A stretch of 64,000 nucleotides of DNA from Octopus bimaculoides (taxonomy: Eukaryota), in NCBI RefSeq assembly GCF_001194135.2, contig NC_068984.1, positions 18,103,235-18,167,234 of the forward strand, given 5' to 3'. Shown piece by piece: positions 38,437 through 53,874 of this stretch. The notes beneath the pieces were generated by a model. That model did no database searches, was not told where the DNA came from, and saw only the letters and a program-made list of their open reading frames with translations. The first letter of the stretch is position 1. Every line of letters starts with the position of its first letter. Both the position numbers and the translations under genes were made by a program.

Positions 38437-40204
38437 AGAAATATTAGAGGAATGGAAAATTATATCTATAAGAGGAGAGTTATAGTAGGAAGTGAGAGTG
38501 AGTGTGAGCCGGTATACAGCACTTACTCGGTATTACCTGTATCTTTGGGTTTGGTTGAATCCAATACCCTTCTTAACCTTATATGTATATATATATATAT
38601 AATTTTGTTAAGGTTATTTCTACAGATATTCAATGGAAATTATAGCCTTATAGCCACACTGATTTTTGCTACAGCGTTTCATATCCAAGAATTCAAATGT
38701 AAACAAACAATGAAATCAAAGATGAAAAATGGGCAACGGGCACATATGCCATATTTCAAGGGTTTTTGTCCCTTTATCAGCATCCATCTAACCCATTATT
38801 TATCCTCGGACACATTGCTTAAATAGCCATCACATGTGGTAGTATAAAAATTATTGGATATACCAATTTACGTATTAAACACACTCCTTTAGGTTTAGGG
38901 GTTGGTTTGTTTGATTAAAACCTTCATGGTAGTGCCCTAGCATGGCTGCAATCCAATGATTGAAACAAGTAAAAGATAATAGATACTTACATGCTTGTTC
39001 TATCAAAATACTTTACAATTCGTTTGTGGATTTAATTTTACAAATAACAAAATTCTTTGCAATAACTATTGTTGATTACTCTCGTAAAACTTGGAAGTTA
39101 AAAGTATTTTTTATGCTGTTTCTTCTTTAGGTTTTGTTTGTTTCATTGTTTAATAATCTCTTTGTCATTGAAAACATTATTAAAATATTGTGTATTGTTT
39201 CATGAAAAATTCCTTTTGATTTTTGACTTGACTGTTTGAAATTATCTGTCATAGACCAGCTGATTAGATGTGGTAAAAAATTGGAAGGTTGTGGAGAACA
39301 CACAGTCGAAATTTTGAGTGATTTCTCTAAAAAAAAAAAATCAAAAAAGAAAGTAGAAGTGGGGAATCTAACAAAAAACAACTAAAAGAATTAAACTTGC
39401 ATGAAAAATGGTTTTGTCAAAAATCAATATGGAACATTGATCAGAAAGCAATTCTCGGATTATCTGTTCTTTATTTCCCCCCAAAAGCTAAAGAAAAAAA
39501 CAAACAAGTTATCTTTTTGTTTTATAGTAGAAGCAAAACTGTTAAGTGGATAAGGCATTTGGCCTTTAGCTTATAAGTTTTAAGCTCATATTTGTTGAAG
39601 AATTTTGTGAAGTCTTGTCATATTTCTATATTTCTAAGTAATAAGGTACATAGTTTACTTTTGGAACTATTCCTTAGATAGACTGACCAGAGTGTCATTC
39701 AGCTCATTTTCAGAATCAGGAATTAGACACTGGGTTTAAGAATCCCTACAATTCATGGAAATATTTTGTTTTTGTATGGCATTGTTCCAAACCAAATAAG
39801 CATAAGATCATAACATTTAAGGCATATATCACAACTAAAACATAACATATTTAAATGTTATCCATGGGATAGTTGTAAATCTATTAACAACTCAACAAGA
39901 GTAATTATTCTGAACTCCAAATTTTATAATGAAATTAACGAAGAAAGAAAAATTATTATGAACATATTTTAAGTGTTCTGATAACAAAACAGTATATAAA
40001 TTGTAGGTTATCTTTTAACTTTTATTTGTTTTGCTCATTAGACTGTGAGCATGCTGGGACACCTCCTTGAAGAATTCACCTTAGTACTTTTGTTTTCTTT
40101 AAAGCCTGGTATTTATTTTATCATTCTTTTTTGCCACACTGGTAAGTTATGGGAGCATAAACACACCAACACCATTTGTCAAGTGGTGATGGGAGACACA
40201 CAGA

Positions 40205-40415
40205 CACACACACATATAGATATGCGGGTGACACGTAAAAGCACCCACTACACTCTCTGAGTGGTTGGCGTTAGGAAGGGCATCCAGCTGTAGAAACTCT
40301 GCCAAATTAGATTGGAGCCTGGTGTTGCCATCCGGTTTCACCAGTCCTCAGTCAAATCGTCCAACCCATGCTAGCACGGAAAGCGGACGTTAAACGATGA
40401 TGATGATGATGATGA
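40205..40415 (+). mobile_element. Family B retroposon, young 5'-truncated copy
   Basis: Close to consensus; tail ggaaagcggacgttaaacgatgatgatg. Confidence 0.9.
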
Positions 40416-40605
40416 TATGACAGGCTTCTTTCACTTTCTGTCAACAAAATCCACTCACAGGGCCTTGGTTGACCTGAGGTTATAGTAGAAAACACTTGCC
40501 CAAGGTGCCACACAGTGGGACTGAAACTGGAACCAATCAAAGGGGTCCAGAACCATGTGGTTGGAAAACAAACCCCTTACCATACAGCCATGCCTGCGCC
40601 TATGT
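40416..40605 (-). mobile_element. SINE family A, 5' half
   Basis: atatgacaggcttctttc...cttaccatacagccatgcctgcgcct, with a short insert near 40530-40550. Confidence 0.85.
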
Positions 40606-40609
40606 ATCA

Positions 40610-41210
40610 GCTTTCACGATAAATACCCTTTTTCAGCCCTCTCTTTTCTAGAACTGCATATTGTCTGCAACTCATTTCCATTAACCTGCAAAAATTCAAA
40701 TTCAACGTTAATATTGCACTCACTCAGTTCTCTAGTATCAGTTGACTTGCATTGGGGTTCTACTTGTATCTGTGGGATGTTGTTAATGCCTATGCACATG
40801 AGACTGCATCCAAAATAATGCCAGTTTTTTAATTGACAACGATTTGCTCGTCAATACACAGTTCTCACTCACAGACTCACTGTTTCCTCTCTCCGACACT
40901 TCTTGCCTCTCATACTGTCTTGCATCATTGCTCCTATTACCACACGCAACAGTGTATAGTCTTTATTTGCCAGAACATCAACCCACTAGAATTCCTTTGA
41001 TGCCCATATTTGATCTCCAGAGAGAGTCAAACGAAACATCAATTTCTCAAGCCTCACAGGATCTCCATGTAGAAACCCTTTAGTTTGGATTTTAAAATAT
41101 AGAAATGAAAAGCTTTTGCTCTTCTGAACTAGTTGACTGTATCCCTTGCCAGCCAGGACCACCTGATCCACCAATCGTTCTTCCTACCATCACTCTTAAT
41201 AGATTTCTCC
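40610..41210 (-). mobile_element. Degenerate RTE-like LINE fragment
   Basis: Minus strand atgggcatcaaaggaatt (cf. LGIRGI) and a downstream RG(R/K) segment; weak. Confidence 0.4.
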
Positions 41211-41708
41211 TCTAGGCCCTGCATTAAAACCTTTGCTTCCTACCACCACCACCACCACCACCACCACCACCANNNNNNNNNNNNNNNNNNNNNNNNNNNN
41301 NNNNNNNNNNNNNNNNNNNNNNNNNNNNNNNNNNNNNNNNNNNNNNNNNNNNNNNNNNNNNNNNNNNNNNNNNNNNNNNNNNNNNNNNNNNNNNNNNNNN
41401 NNNNNNNNNNNNNNNNNNNNNNNNNNNNNNNNNNNNNNNNNNNNNNNNNNNNNNNNNNNNNNNNNNNNNNNNNNNNNNNNNNNNNNNNNNNNNNNNNNNN
41501 NNNNNNNNNNNNNNNNNNNNNNNNNNNNNNNNNNNNNNNNNNNNNNNNNNNNNNNNNNNNNNNNNNNNNNNNNNNNNTATATATATATATATATATATAT
41601 GTTGAACAGGAAACAAAAAAAAGATTCTCATAACATTAAAAGATGTCATCATCCATCATAATTTTTGTTTTCCCTGTTGGCATGAATCTGTTATATATTC
41701 AGTAGTTT

Positions 41709-41741
<33 letters not shown>

Positions 41742-41884
41742 ATTGTAGCATTGATTTTTATTTTATCCATCACTCGACACAAAGCCAAGTTTTCATATGT
41801 GATTGGATTAACTCTACTCTATAAACTTTACTTGTATCTTTAACTCTGGAATGTAAAAAGCAAAAGTTGAATATTAATATTTGT

Positions 41885-42040
41885 AAGGTGGCTAGCAGGC
41901 TGAATTGTTAGCATCCTGGACAAGATGCTCAGCAGCATTGAGAAAACAAGTACCAATTGAGCACTGGAGTGGGTTTAATCCACTCATTCCACTCCCACTG
42001 AAAATGCTAGTCTTGTACCAAAATTTGAAACCAATATTAA
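41885..42040 (+). mobile_element. SINE family F, internally deleted
   Basis: ggctgaattgttagcatcctggacaagatgc...aagtaccaattgagcactgg...gtaccaaaatttgaaacc. Confidence 0.6.
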
Positions 42041-42969
42041 TATTTGTATGTAATAGAATTCTCGACCTCAAGTTTATTCTTATTCTTATTCTATATTTCT
42101 ATAATAAAGTTAGAAAAATCAAGATAGAAACTGGAAGGACTTAGCCACACAGCATTCATGAATTTCCTGATTGAAAACACTGCTGTTCTCCTTTTGTTGT
42201 CTATTTTTCTTTTGAAGAGAAAAGTGAGTTGCTATTTACTAAGAGAAAGTATCTAGAGACAGCCTTTGGAGAAGAAAGGGAGAAAAGGAATTTCATTGGT
42301 TTAACAAGAAAAGCATTCTTGTTAAATAAAAATCATAACTGTTTTCATTGGTTAAGATTTTACTGATCTGTCCTGTTAAATATAAGGAAATAACAGTTAA
42401 GTGGTTTGTAACTGAACAGGAAATCATACTCAAAGTTGTACTTTGTAAGTTGACAGTGTTATTACATTATGGGCACTTGATTTGCTAAGTATTTCTTGCA
42501 GAAATGGAGAAAAGAAAGATTTTTTTTTTGTTCTTTTGTACATCAATATTAAAGTTCAGTGCTTATGTGGTAGTTTTATCATGGTTTAGATAAATACATT
42601 TTATAAATATCTTATTCTTTTATGAACTGTAGCAAAGTCTTTCAATATATGAACGTTCTGTTTGCTGATGGTTGTGATTGAGATTTTTATTTGTGATGTA
42701 TTTGCCCAAGTAATCATGTTATAGAACTGTATTTGCATAACATTCATGACATAAATGCATGAAGTAATTCTTACAAAGACACAACAGCTATCTTGTTAAT
42801 CAATCTTCCGACATTGGGCATCCATAGACTTGACATTAAGGATTTCTGTGGAGAACTTTTCAGACTAGTTTTCACCCTAAGTTACTGAATACAACTCATT
42901 CTTATCATAGAACCAAGCACTCTCTGTTTAAGGTATGTTGATATCAATAAGGTTAATCCTTTTGAAATG

Positions 42970-43351
42970 TGGAGGCGCAATGGCCCAATGGTTAGGGCAG
43001 CGGACTCGCAGTCATAGGATCGCGGTTTCAATTCCCAGACCGGGCATTGTGTTTAATGAGTGAAAACACCTAAAGCTCCACGAGGCTCCAGCAGGGGATG
43101 GTGGCGAACCCTGCTGTACACTTCCACCACAACTTTCTCTCACTCTTACTTCCTGTTTCTGTTGTGCCTGTAATTCAAAGGGTCAGCCTTGTCACACTGT
43201 GTCATGCTGAATATCCCCAAGAACTACGTTAAGGGTACACGTGTCTGTGGAGTGCTCAGCCACTTGCACATTAATTTCACGAGCAGGCTGTTCCGTTGAT
43301 CGGATCAACTGGAACTCTCGACGTTGTAAGCGACGGAGTGCCAACAACAAC
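42970..43351 (+). mobile_element. Full-length tRNA-derived SINE (family D) with 15-bp TSD
   Basis: A box tggcccaatgg, B box ggtttcaattccc and (CAA)n tail. TSD aatccttttgaaatg (42955-69) / aatccttttgatatg (43352-66). Possibly the tRNA-Arg-related OR family of octopus (inference). Confidence 0.92.
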
Positions 43352-43366
43352 AATCCTTTTGATATG

Positions 43367-43590
43367 GTGATGGAGCCATGTAAAAAGCACCCAGTATACT
43401 CAGTAGAGTGGTTGGCATTAGGAAGCACATTCAGCTGTAGACACCATACTGAAACAGACTGTGGAACCTGGTATAGCCCTTGGCCTTGCCAGTTACTGTC
43501 AAGCTATCTGACCCATGCTAACATGGAAAACGGATGTTAGATATTGTTGTTGTTGTTGTTGAGGATGATGATCATGATAATGATGTACCA
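43367..43590 (+). mobile_element. Family B retroposon, diverged
   Basis: aaaaagcacccagtatactcagtagagtggttggcattagg...ggaaaacggatgttag. Confidence 0.8.
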
Positions 43591-45354
43591 ATCTATCCAA
43601 AACTGCTCCTAGTTCTTTGATACAAGTTTCCTGTTTTAGTGATTTTAAATTAAAACATCCCATCAAAATTTCATGTTAAGTTCCAAATACCAGATTAATA
43701 AAAACAAGTTATTTTACTAAAGTCTTTAGTTTCAGAATGAATTAAGATATAGGGAACATGTTTTTCAACAGAACCATACTAACTAATGGGAGTAAGCAGA
43801 CTTCTAATAGTCTCATTCAGTAAACAATATATTCTGTTCCAGAAATTCTTAAATCTCTAAGCAGATTTCCTAATATATTGATCTCATCAAGTAGTAAATA
43901 AAAGAAAGTTGGTAGCTGTGCTACTCTGATGAGAAAATTTGTAAATGATTAAAAAATTTTTTTTTTATTTTATATAATGTGAAATAACTTAATCTTTAAA
44001 ATTGAGAGGAATTACAGCACAAGGTGTGATCAATTTAACCTTTTTAAAAAAAAAAAACTTTCTTCGATGTTTATCTCGGAATCAGATAAACATTGTAGAC
44101 TAAATTAGATTGAAGGGAAAGTTTTCATGTTTAATCAAAGGTCAAGTTATTTTCATTTTCTATGCACAACAAAAGCATTTCAAACAATGCAGTAGGAAAT
44201 GAAATAATAAAATATATTAATATAAAACTGAATCTGGATTTTCATATAACAGCATCTCGTTCTTTACTAAGTCTGTGTATAACTTCGACTGTAGAATAAC
44301 TGAAACTACATTTTATATATTTTAAAAGTCAGTTTTCTTCTTTATGGAAAAAATAGTTTTTACCAATTTCCTTTCTGTCTAGTAAAAAAAAAAAAAAAAA
44401 AAAAAAAGTAATCAACTTCATATTTCAATTTTTTTCTATAACATTCTTATATATTTTGCAATTGATTTTATTTAAATTTTCTTTTTACTCTATTTAAATG
44501 CTAGTTCGAAATATATGAAATCAACATGTTTACAACTGTATTAAAAAAAAAAAAAAAAGAGTAGTCAACATGTTTTTAATGTTTTTTAATATTTTAGAGT
44601 TATTACTCTTCACCTAACTTTGGACAAAATAAAATTATTTCTCATTGTTATAACCATATTTGTTATTTACTTCCACATTTTTTTAGAATATTATTTCTTC
44701 CCTATATATATATAAATTTGTGCACGCACGTGTGTGTGTGTGTGTATAAAATATTTTTTAATGAATATATTTGTGAATTTTTCTCATACAAATATTCCCC
44801 ACTGAGTTAGAAATTAATGGAAGGAATTTTTAATTAATTAATATTGCAGAAGCGTCACCTTTGCACACATCCAAATAGCTGCTTGACAATATATATACGT
44901 AGCAAAATTTTTTAAAATATTGTAAACATGCTTTTCTGTTTTTTCCATTCTGTCCAAATGAAATGTATTTGTAGAAACCACTGGAACAAATGATGAAGCC
45001 TTATAAATGCTTAATTCATTATCGTTAAGAACAAATTCATCTTCAAAAATATTGGGGGTTACTTTTTAAATGCTCTTTTAGATTCAACGGTTTTAAAACA
45101 GGTATTTTTTTACCATGAAGTCCTTGCCAATGTGAATGATATCTTTATGAATGAATTAACAGCTAAAATTTTCAATGTAAAGTAAAATTTGTAAAAGTTA
45201 ATTTGAGTAATTTAAGGCTAATCTGGGCAAGGATTGATGTTTTTCAATTTAAAGGAAGCACATAATTAAATGATAAACATTTTATGCACAACATGGTGTG
45301 AATCAGGATTGAAATCAATTTAAATATCAGAATGCTGTGTGAAAGAAATGCTTT

Positions 45355-45570
45355 TCATCATCATCAAGATCATTTAAAGTCCAGCTTCCATACTGGCCTC
45401 GGTTGGACAGTTTGACAACATCTGGAGGTCTGTATTGGAGATCTCTGCCATGCGCTAACTTCCACTTCACCATGTTTTCTCAGGCTGGATGCCCTTTTTA
45501 ACGTCAGCCACTTTATAGAGTGTACTGGGTAGTTTTTTAGATATTTTTTTGTGGCACCAGCAATAGTGAG
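45355..45570 (-). mobile_element. Family B retroposon, diverged
   Basis: catcatcatc...ggctggatgcccttttt...gagtgtactggg. Confidence 0.7.
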
Positions 45571-45619
45571 AATCATTCTGTAACTTAGATGACTAAGGGC
45601 CTAAAGTGACCCCTATAAG

Positions 45620-46130
45620 TAAGAGAGAATAGAATAGAAAGTGGGCGATGATTCTAGGTGGAGAGATTAGGGAGTTTAAGTAAAAGGAAAGAATAGGGAA
45701 GTATGGCAGGGAACAGAGGAGAGAAAAGGGATTAGTGACAGGAGTCATTGAGAAAAAAAGGAGGCATAGATTTGAAAGGTGATTGGGTAGGAGGTGTAAG
45801 GGTTATTCAACATTGTGATGAGTAAGGAAATACTGGGATTATCCAATATTATAAGTTGTATGAGGAAAAGGGAAAAGGAAAGAAAGAATAGACTAGAGTA
45901 GAGAGGAATCTGAAGAGAGGGCCATGGAAGAAAAGAAAGGTGTGCAGAATTGTGTGGTTAAGTCAGCAAAGGAAACAGGAGAAGGACTGTTGAAGAGGCA
46001 GAGAAGGTGTGTGGAGGAAAGGGCAGTGAGAGAAAAGGAAATAGGGGTGAAGGGCAAGGAGATGCTGCAGGATACGACAGAAGTAGGGGGGAAATGAAGA
46101 GCAGAGAATGAATACTGTGAAAGTACAACA
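45620..46130 (+). repeat. Purine-rich low-complexity tract
   Basis: About 500 bp of mostly A/G on the plus strand. Confidence 0.8.
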
Positions 46131-46175
46131 AAAACATTCAAAGAATGTGTTTACATTCTTATATTTCTCTTGCAG

Positions 46176-46195
46176 CTAGGCTTTCTAATGTTTAA
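46176..46195 (+). CDS. Candidate alternative terminal exon, (A)RLSNV*
   Basis: cattcttatatttctcttgcag|CT AGG CTT TCT AAT GTT TAA; good acceptor. The phase is assumed. Confidence 0.2.
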
Positions 46196-46866
46196 ATTTC
46201 TTTCAGTCGTACAAAATCAAAATGTTACCTAGGAATGTATTGCTTTATTCATTAATGGCAGCCATTTTGTCCTGGTAGATTGAAGAGATCAGTGACCATA
46301 AAAGCCAATAAGCATTCAAGATTATATTTGCTGAGAGAGGGGGTGGGGAAGGTTAAGTGTTTAGATAAAACAAGGTATATGAAGGCTGTTTAGAAATTAT
46401 TTTTATCTGTACCAGTACAGCTATAGTTTGTTCATTTTGGTCTCTGATATGCCTATACATATTTGAGAACCCATTTGATACATAGTAGCTTAGACTTCTT
46501 TAGGCTTTACTAGAATGAATCACTGCAACTTAGAACAGAAACTTAGATTCAGAACAGTTGATTTATTGCAAATATAAACGACCCCNNNNNNNNNNNNNNN
46601 NNNNNNNNNNNNNNNNNNNNNNNNNCCCAAACATAATCGCCTTTTGTAATCTTACTGCTTGACTTTTACAAAATTATCTTTAAATAAATGTTTTTACTGT
46701 TCCAAAAATATAATTAATAACATTTTTGTTTAATATTAAATCTAATTGTTAAGAATAACTAGATTAGTTTTCTTCTCCATGCAGTACCTAGTTTTTCAGT
46801 TTTAATACTAATATTTCCTTTGAAAAACAAATTATTTATTACTTTTTTCTTTCTTTTCAATTGCAG

Positions 46867-46897
46867 TGGTGAATCTGGTGGGCGCAAAGCTCCAAAG
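46867..46897 (+). CDS. Candidate 31-nt micro-exon: (S)GESGGRKAPK or (V)VNLVGAKLQ
   Basis: tactaat branch-like motif at ~46806, long pyrimidine tract, ttgcag acceptor, GC-rich body tggtgaatctggtgggcgcaaagctccaaag and AAG|gtaaga donor. Best splice context in the window. Confidence 0.55.
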
Positions 46898-48479
46898 GTA
46901 AGATACTACAATTTTAACTATTTCAGAGTAATATTTCAAGAAAATAATTATTCAGAAGTTTTTACGATAATTAATACTTACTACATAGTTGTCTCAATTT
47001 GTATATATTTCATATATCTACAAACAACTATTAAAGTAAGAATTCAAATTTTCTGAATTCACTGGAAAATCAAGTTATTTTTAGTTTCACTGAAATAAAA
47101 GTTTCTTATAGCCTGTCTACAATAATATCATGAAATAATTCTTTTAAAAAATATATTGTTTGGCTGTTTTCTATGTTATCTAATAAATCTGATGCTAAAT
47201 CAACTTGTGACATGTATTTCTAAGAATAAAGAATTTGTTTATATTCTTATCTTTACTTGCAAGAATAACCCCCAAGTCATGCACAACATATTGCAATGTT
47301 ATTAAAAACATTGAACTTTATATAGGGATTGTTTGTTGAACTTGGGGTGTAAGATAAGGGGCTATTCTATTTCTAATTAACAAAGCCACAGAAATGACCT
47401 AGAAAAGGGAACAGTCCATGTTGAAGTGAAGTAATCGCTCTTACTTGCAATCTCGACTCAGATTAAATATATTTTGCTATGCTGTAAAAAGGAGGAAAAT
47501 CCTTTTGCTCCAGTATTAAATATATTTTAGTTGGAAAATGATCAATTTTGTGCTGGCCAAACTTGTAAAAGCTACTGCTTGTTACTTGAGACTATAATTT
47601 AGATAATCAGACTCTGACATATATTGCCCCCTTCTATTAAGCTATTAAAGCTTGTTAGTGTTTTCTCTTGAATCGGCAGAAGTCTTTTTAAAAATTCACA
47701 ATAGGCTATGTATTGTTTTATTTATATGTAATGATAGACTCAAGGATGTGTTTCTTGAGTCTATCATTATCTGTAATCAGATCGTGTTGGTCATTATGTT
47801 TATCTTGACTTTCAAAGCAAAATTCCAAATTAGTTGCTTCTGTACTTTCTTTGAGAGGAATTGAAACGTATCTTGAACTATACCCATGTTCGAATAGTAT
47901 GCGTATTAACACAATTTGAATATTTGATTAACATAACTAGACCAAACAATATCTTGTAAAGGAGAAGTACTTGGATCTGTTTGCCCATAGAGTATTCTTA
48001 TCATTTACTAGAAGCTCTTTAACATTTCCTGGTTGCATTATAAAGTAGTAGTTTGCCTGATTCCTAAATGTAGAGAAAATTATAGCGCTTCATCCACCTT
48101 TCTGTAAAGACAGCTTCATAACAGCAGTGCAGTTAAATAATATTCACAATTCATATTTATTGTAATTATATGAATATGTAGGTAGATATTTTCAAGTTGG
48201 ATGCAAATAGATGGTATTTGAATGCAAGGCAATTAATTTGTCTTTCATATTTTCTTTTATTCAGCCTGATTAAATTCCTTCTCTTCTGTAGTGCCTTCAC
48301 TTAAAAAAAAATTTTTTTTCTTTTAATTATTGTATACAAAGTTAAGCAAATTCTTGGTGATTTAGACACTTGTTACTGGAATAGCAAAAAAATATCTTTT
48401 GGCAGCTGAGAGAGGGAACTAAATTGCACAATTGATTAAAGAGAGAACCAACTGAGATCAGATGAAATTCAGATTTGTC

Positions 48480-49890
<1,411 letters not shown>

Positions 49891-51084
49891 ACTTTTTTAG
49901 CATGTGGTCTTGAGTTCTGTCTCGCTACAGGACACCTTGGGTAAGTGTTTTCCATTGTAGCATCATATCAATTAATGCCTTGTGTGTGAAAATGGTAGAT
50001 GGAGGCTGCACGGAAGCTTGTTACATGTGTGTTTACATTCCATGTCCTCACTTGATATGGATGTAGAAACAAACAACTACGAATGTGTGTTATCTCTGCC
50101 ATTAACACTGAAATGTTTGTTATCAACTCAAATATCTTCCATAATGACATTTAGAAAGAATTGAAAGAAGATAGAAATTTAATTCTGTAGAGTGAGGTAG
50201 GTAAAATGTAAGAGATGTACTGAACTACAGTAATTAGTAACTGATGGTGGGTGGCTGGCTGCCTATTTCAACTGAAATATGAGATTTCTTGTTTGATACA
50301 CATTCAAATGTCTGCCTTCTAATTATCAGTGGTTGCTTAGAGAGATGAGGTCATTCTTGACAAGTTGAATTTTACTTTGAAGTTTGTTGATTTTAGCTTT
50401 TAGGTTTTTTTTCTCCTCTATCTTTTTTTTATTATTATTTGTTTAAAAGTTTGATAAACAGTAAATTAGTAATCACTGTTCAGCAGTAGCATCAGCATCA
50501 TTATTATCATAATTTTCATTATTGCCATCATCATCATCATCATTAGTTCCACAGATTATTTTCTTCTTCTCCATGTCATAGGTTGAATGAGTCAGCCATA
50601 TATTGTTATTCCACCCAATTTTTTTTTTTTTTTTTTGCATTCTAAGTTGCCCTTGGTTTTGAACTTTATTCCAAATGTTTCCTCCCATGTCATTTTTTAT
50701 TTATTTATTTGCCACACCCACTGCATTTTCAGCCACTCTCTAACTTAAAAGCAAAAGACACTTCTAATACCTGCTTCAACCAATCAATTGTTTGTTTGGA
50801 AATAAAGCTGTTCATTTCCAAAAGACACGAAATTTGCAGAAACATCATCTATTCCTCTAATTCTAATCCCAAATATCCCAAACTTATAATTTTCTCCCTA
50901 CTAGTCCTGATTAATATCAACCTGTTTGCTATAGTGTATTCCAGTGCAGCTGTTAGTCCACAAGAGATTTTACTCTATTTCTGAAGAATATTTGCATCAG
51001 CTATGCAGTATTAAGTTCTAACTTCTTTCCAACATTCAAGGACAGACATCACAGTTTAAGGTCCCAGACCATTTCTCCATATAT

Positions 51085-51225
51085 ATCATCCTCATCATCA
51101 TTTCCATTGGTTTAATATCACTTTTCCGTGCTTGCATGAGTAGGCAGAATTCACTGACGTTAGATTTTCTACAACCGGATACCCTTCCTGTCACCAACTC
51201 TCACCTGTTTCCATTTCCATATAAC
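51085..51225 (-). mobile_element. Family B2 retroposon
   Basis: gattttctacaaccggatacccttcctgtcaccaactctcacctgtttcca. Confidence 0.75.
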
Positions 51226-51339
51226 AGAAAACACATGCCTACGATGGGGGAACTGAGAGATTCTTTATCCAAACAAAGGACTGTTTGAATAAAGCATGTT
51301 TAGGAATTGTTGTATTGAAGTAGTAATGCAGAAGTTCTG

Positions 51340-51530
51340 TAATAACTAAAGAGGATCATGCTGTGCATAATCAGACATTAATGCTACCTTGCATGAATGA
51401 CTGAGTATTAATAAGCTGAAAAAGCAATATCAGATATTGGCAGATGTGTGCATGAGAGAAAGAATTGCAAAGGTATGTGCATGTAATTTAAATGGATAAT
51501 GCATGCTGATTGAAAAGGAGCTCGATGCAG
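51340..51530 (+). mobile_element. RTE LINE C-terminal remnant
   Basis: aagctgaaaaagcaatatcagatattggcagatgtgtgcatgagagaaagaattgcaaaggtatgtgcatgta resembles RCxV.ERRL.WYGHV. Confidence 0.45.
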
Positions 51531-52814
51531 ATAGCTTTTTTCCTATATTGGATTTTCTTGCATTGCACTTGATAAATTTACCAAAGAAAAAGTCCCTAAG
51601 AAAAAGTGTAGATGTTATCTAAATTTTCAAAGAGTTTCTTTGCTAATTTTGCTCTGAAAATTATCGTAATTTTTAACGAAATCACCTGATGATAAAACTG
51701 AAAGGATGAACAGGTGTTGTAGCTAGTTACAGGAATTTTTTGTCTTCGAGGTGAGGATAAGAGTGATTGAGTCAAGTTCTAAAGTTGTATGAGATAATTT
51801 AGTTGATTTCTTTGGAGTTTGATTTCAGGTGTGAACATAAAATGGAGTGGAAGAAGTATACCTTTGTGAGTTATGTAATAGTTAAATGAATATATTTTTG
51901 ATAGGGTTGATAGATACAAAAATAACTCTCCTTAAAAGATGTGTGTGTGTAGCTTTACCAAAAGATTAATGGAATGCAAAATCTGTATTAGCGTGAAAGC
52001 AGATCATTTTCAGGTACTTTAAGATTTCATGAGGTGATGCTTTTATCAAATCTTGTTACTAGGATCATGGATAAAATAATTAGCTAAAATGTTATAAAAA
52101 ATCAACATAAGTAACAACGATAGATTTTTTTTTTTTTTTCCTTTTGTTCTTTTTAGGATCAGATATTGATTTATTACAGCAAAGGCATTTCTTGAAAGCA
52201 AATATAATCCTGAATTATTAAAGATAAGAAAGAACAATATCTTGGGAATTTTTGCTTACTGCAGCAACGAATACTGCCAATCTGTTTTATACATTATACA
52301 TTATCAAAACTGGAGAATGAAAAATATTTTATAAGATTTCTGTCAATCTACTTTTGGCAGCTACTTTACAATTAGATTATATTCTCACTTTATATGGTTA
52401 AAGTTTCTACTTTTATTATAGTCAGCGTGTGATTATGACTATAAAAAGAAATATTCTAGTGAAAGAAATATTCAATATCCGCACATATAATTTACACCTA
52501 TTTTAAACTTGGTTTTCTAATTCATCACATTTACCATTTTTTAAAAGACATTATGATCAACTTCTCTTTTGTTCTCTCAATTCTCTTTTTTCTTCTTTCT
52601 CAGCTTCTCTGATCAATTTTATTTTTATCTGTTTCCACCATTATTTCTTTTCATTCTTCATATTTATTTCTCTTTTAGTTCTTCTCATTTGCTATTCACC
52701 CTTTTAAACAAACCGTTCCCTAAAGGTTCTAGTTTGTTATAATTTTTCTTCTTCTTCTCACTCATATCTATATGTCCAGGTGTAGCTTACATGGTCCATA
52801 GCTACAATAGTGAG

Positions 52815-53035
52815 AAGGGCAACCAACTGGTGGAATCATTAGCCTTTTGGATGAATTGCATAGCTGCATTTCTCCCAGTTTGTTACATTCTGAGTTCAAA
52901 TTCTGCTTAAGTCAATTGTGCCTTTCATCCTTTTAGAATACATAAAATAAAGTACCGGCCAAGTATTGGGGTCGATGATATCCACTGACCTCCTCCCCTC
53001 AAAATTGCTGGCCTTGTGCCAAAATTAGAGACCAT
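52815..53035 (+). mobile_element. SINE family F
   Basis: tctgagttcaaattctgc...gcctttcatccttttagaatacataaaataaagtacc...tggggtcgatg. Confidence 0.8.
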
Positions 53036-53454
53036 TCTTAATGCAGAGAGCCTCAAAAAGCTAATTAGAAAACATTAGTTATTGGCTAATATCAATTCTA
53101 AGCCTTTGGACAAGTATGGGAGACAACTCTGAATATGTTCTAGCATTATTGTACCTGTTCAATGAAGTATATATTTCACTGCACTTGTCAAAATAGTGAC
53201 AAGTGATCCGTACAATAATTTATACTTGTAGGTATAGAAAAGTAGAAATATTCAGAGAATAAATTTGTTTTAGGTGTTAACTGTATGAAAACTTTTTCAA
53301 TGCTTGTAGTGTTTGACATTATTAAGGCAGCTAACTATAAAATAATTATATGGGGATGGATAGGTGGTAGCATTATTAATCATTAGCTAATAGGATTCTG
53401 AGTCTTTCTGAATGTACAAACGGGAATATTTAGTTGATTTCTTGGCCATGTATT

Positions 53455-53848
53455 CTTTTATTCTTTTACTTGTTTCAGTCATTTGACTGCGGCCATGCTG
53501 GAGCGCCACCTTTAGTCGAGCAAATCGACCCCAGGACTTATTCTTTGTAAGCCTAGCACTTATTCTATCGGCCCCTTTTGCCGAACTGCTAAGTTACGGG
53601 GACCTAAACACACCAGTATCAGTTGTCAAGTGATGTTGGGGGGACAAACACAAACTCATACACACACATACATACATGTATACACACACATATGACGGGT
53701 TTCTTTCAGTTTCCATCTACCAAATCCCCTCACAAGGCTTTGGTCGGCCTGAGGCTATAGTAGAAGACACTCGCCACACAGTGGGACTGAACCTGGAACC
53801 ATGTGGTTGGTAAGCAAGCTACTTACTGCGCAACCACTCCTGCGCCTG
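53455..53848 (-). mobile_element. SINE family A, full length, young
   Basis: Colinear and highly similar to 12345-12762. Confidence 0.92.
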
Positions 53849-53874
53849 TGTTTAAAGCCTGTTACTAAAGTGAA

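Noticed and set aside
42970-43050. tRNA-like heads here and in families A and C
   Set aside because: No complete cloverleaf, and each continues into a SINE body, so they are not tRNA genes.
51680-51720. CTGATGA...GAAA on the plus strand
   Set aside because: No stem II pairing and no UH triplet.
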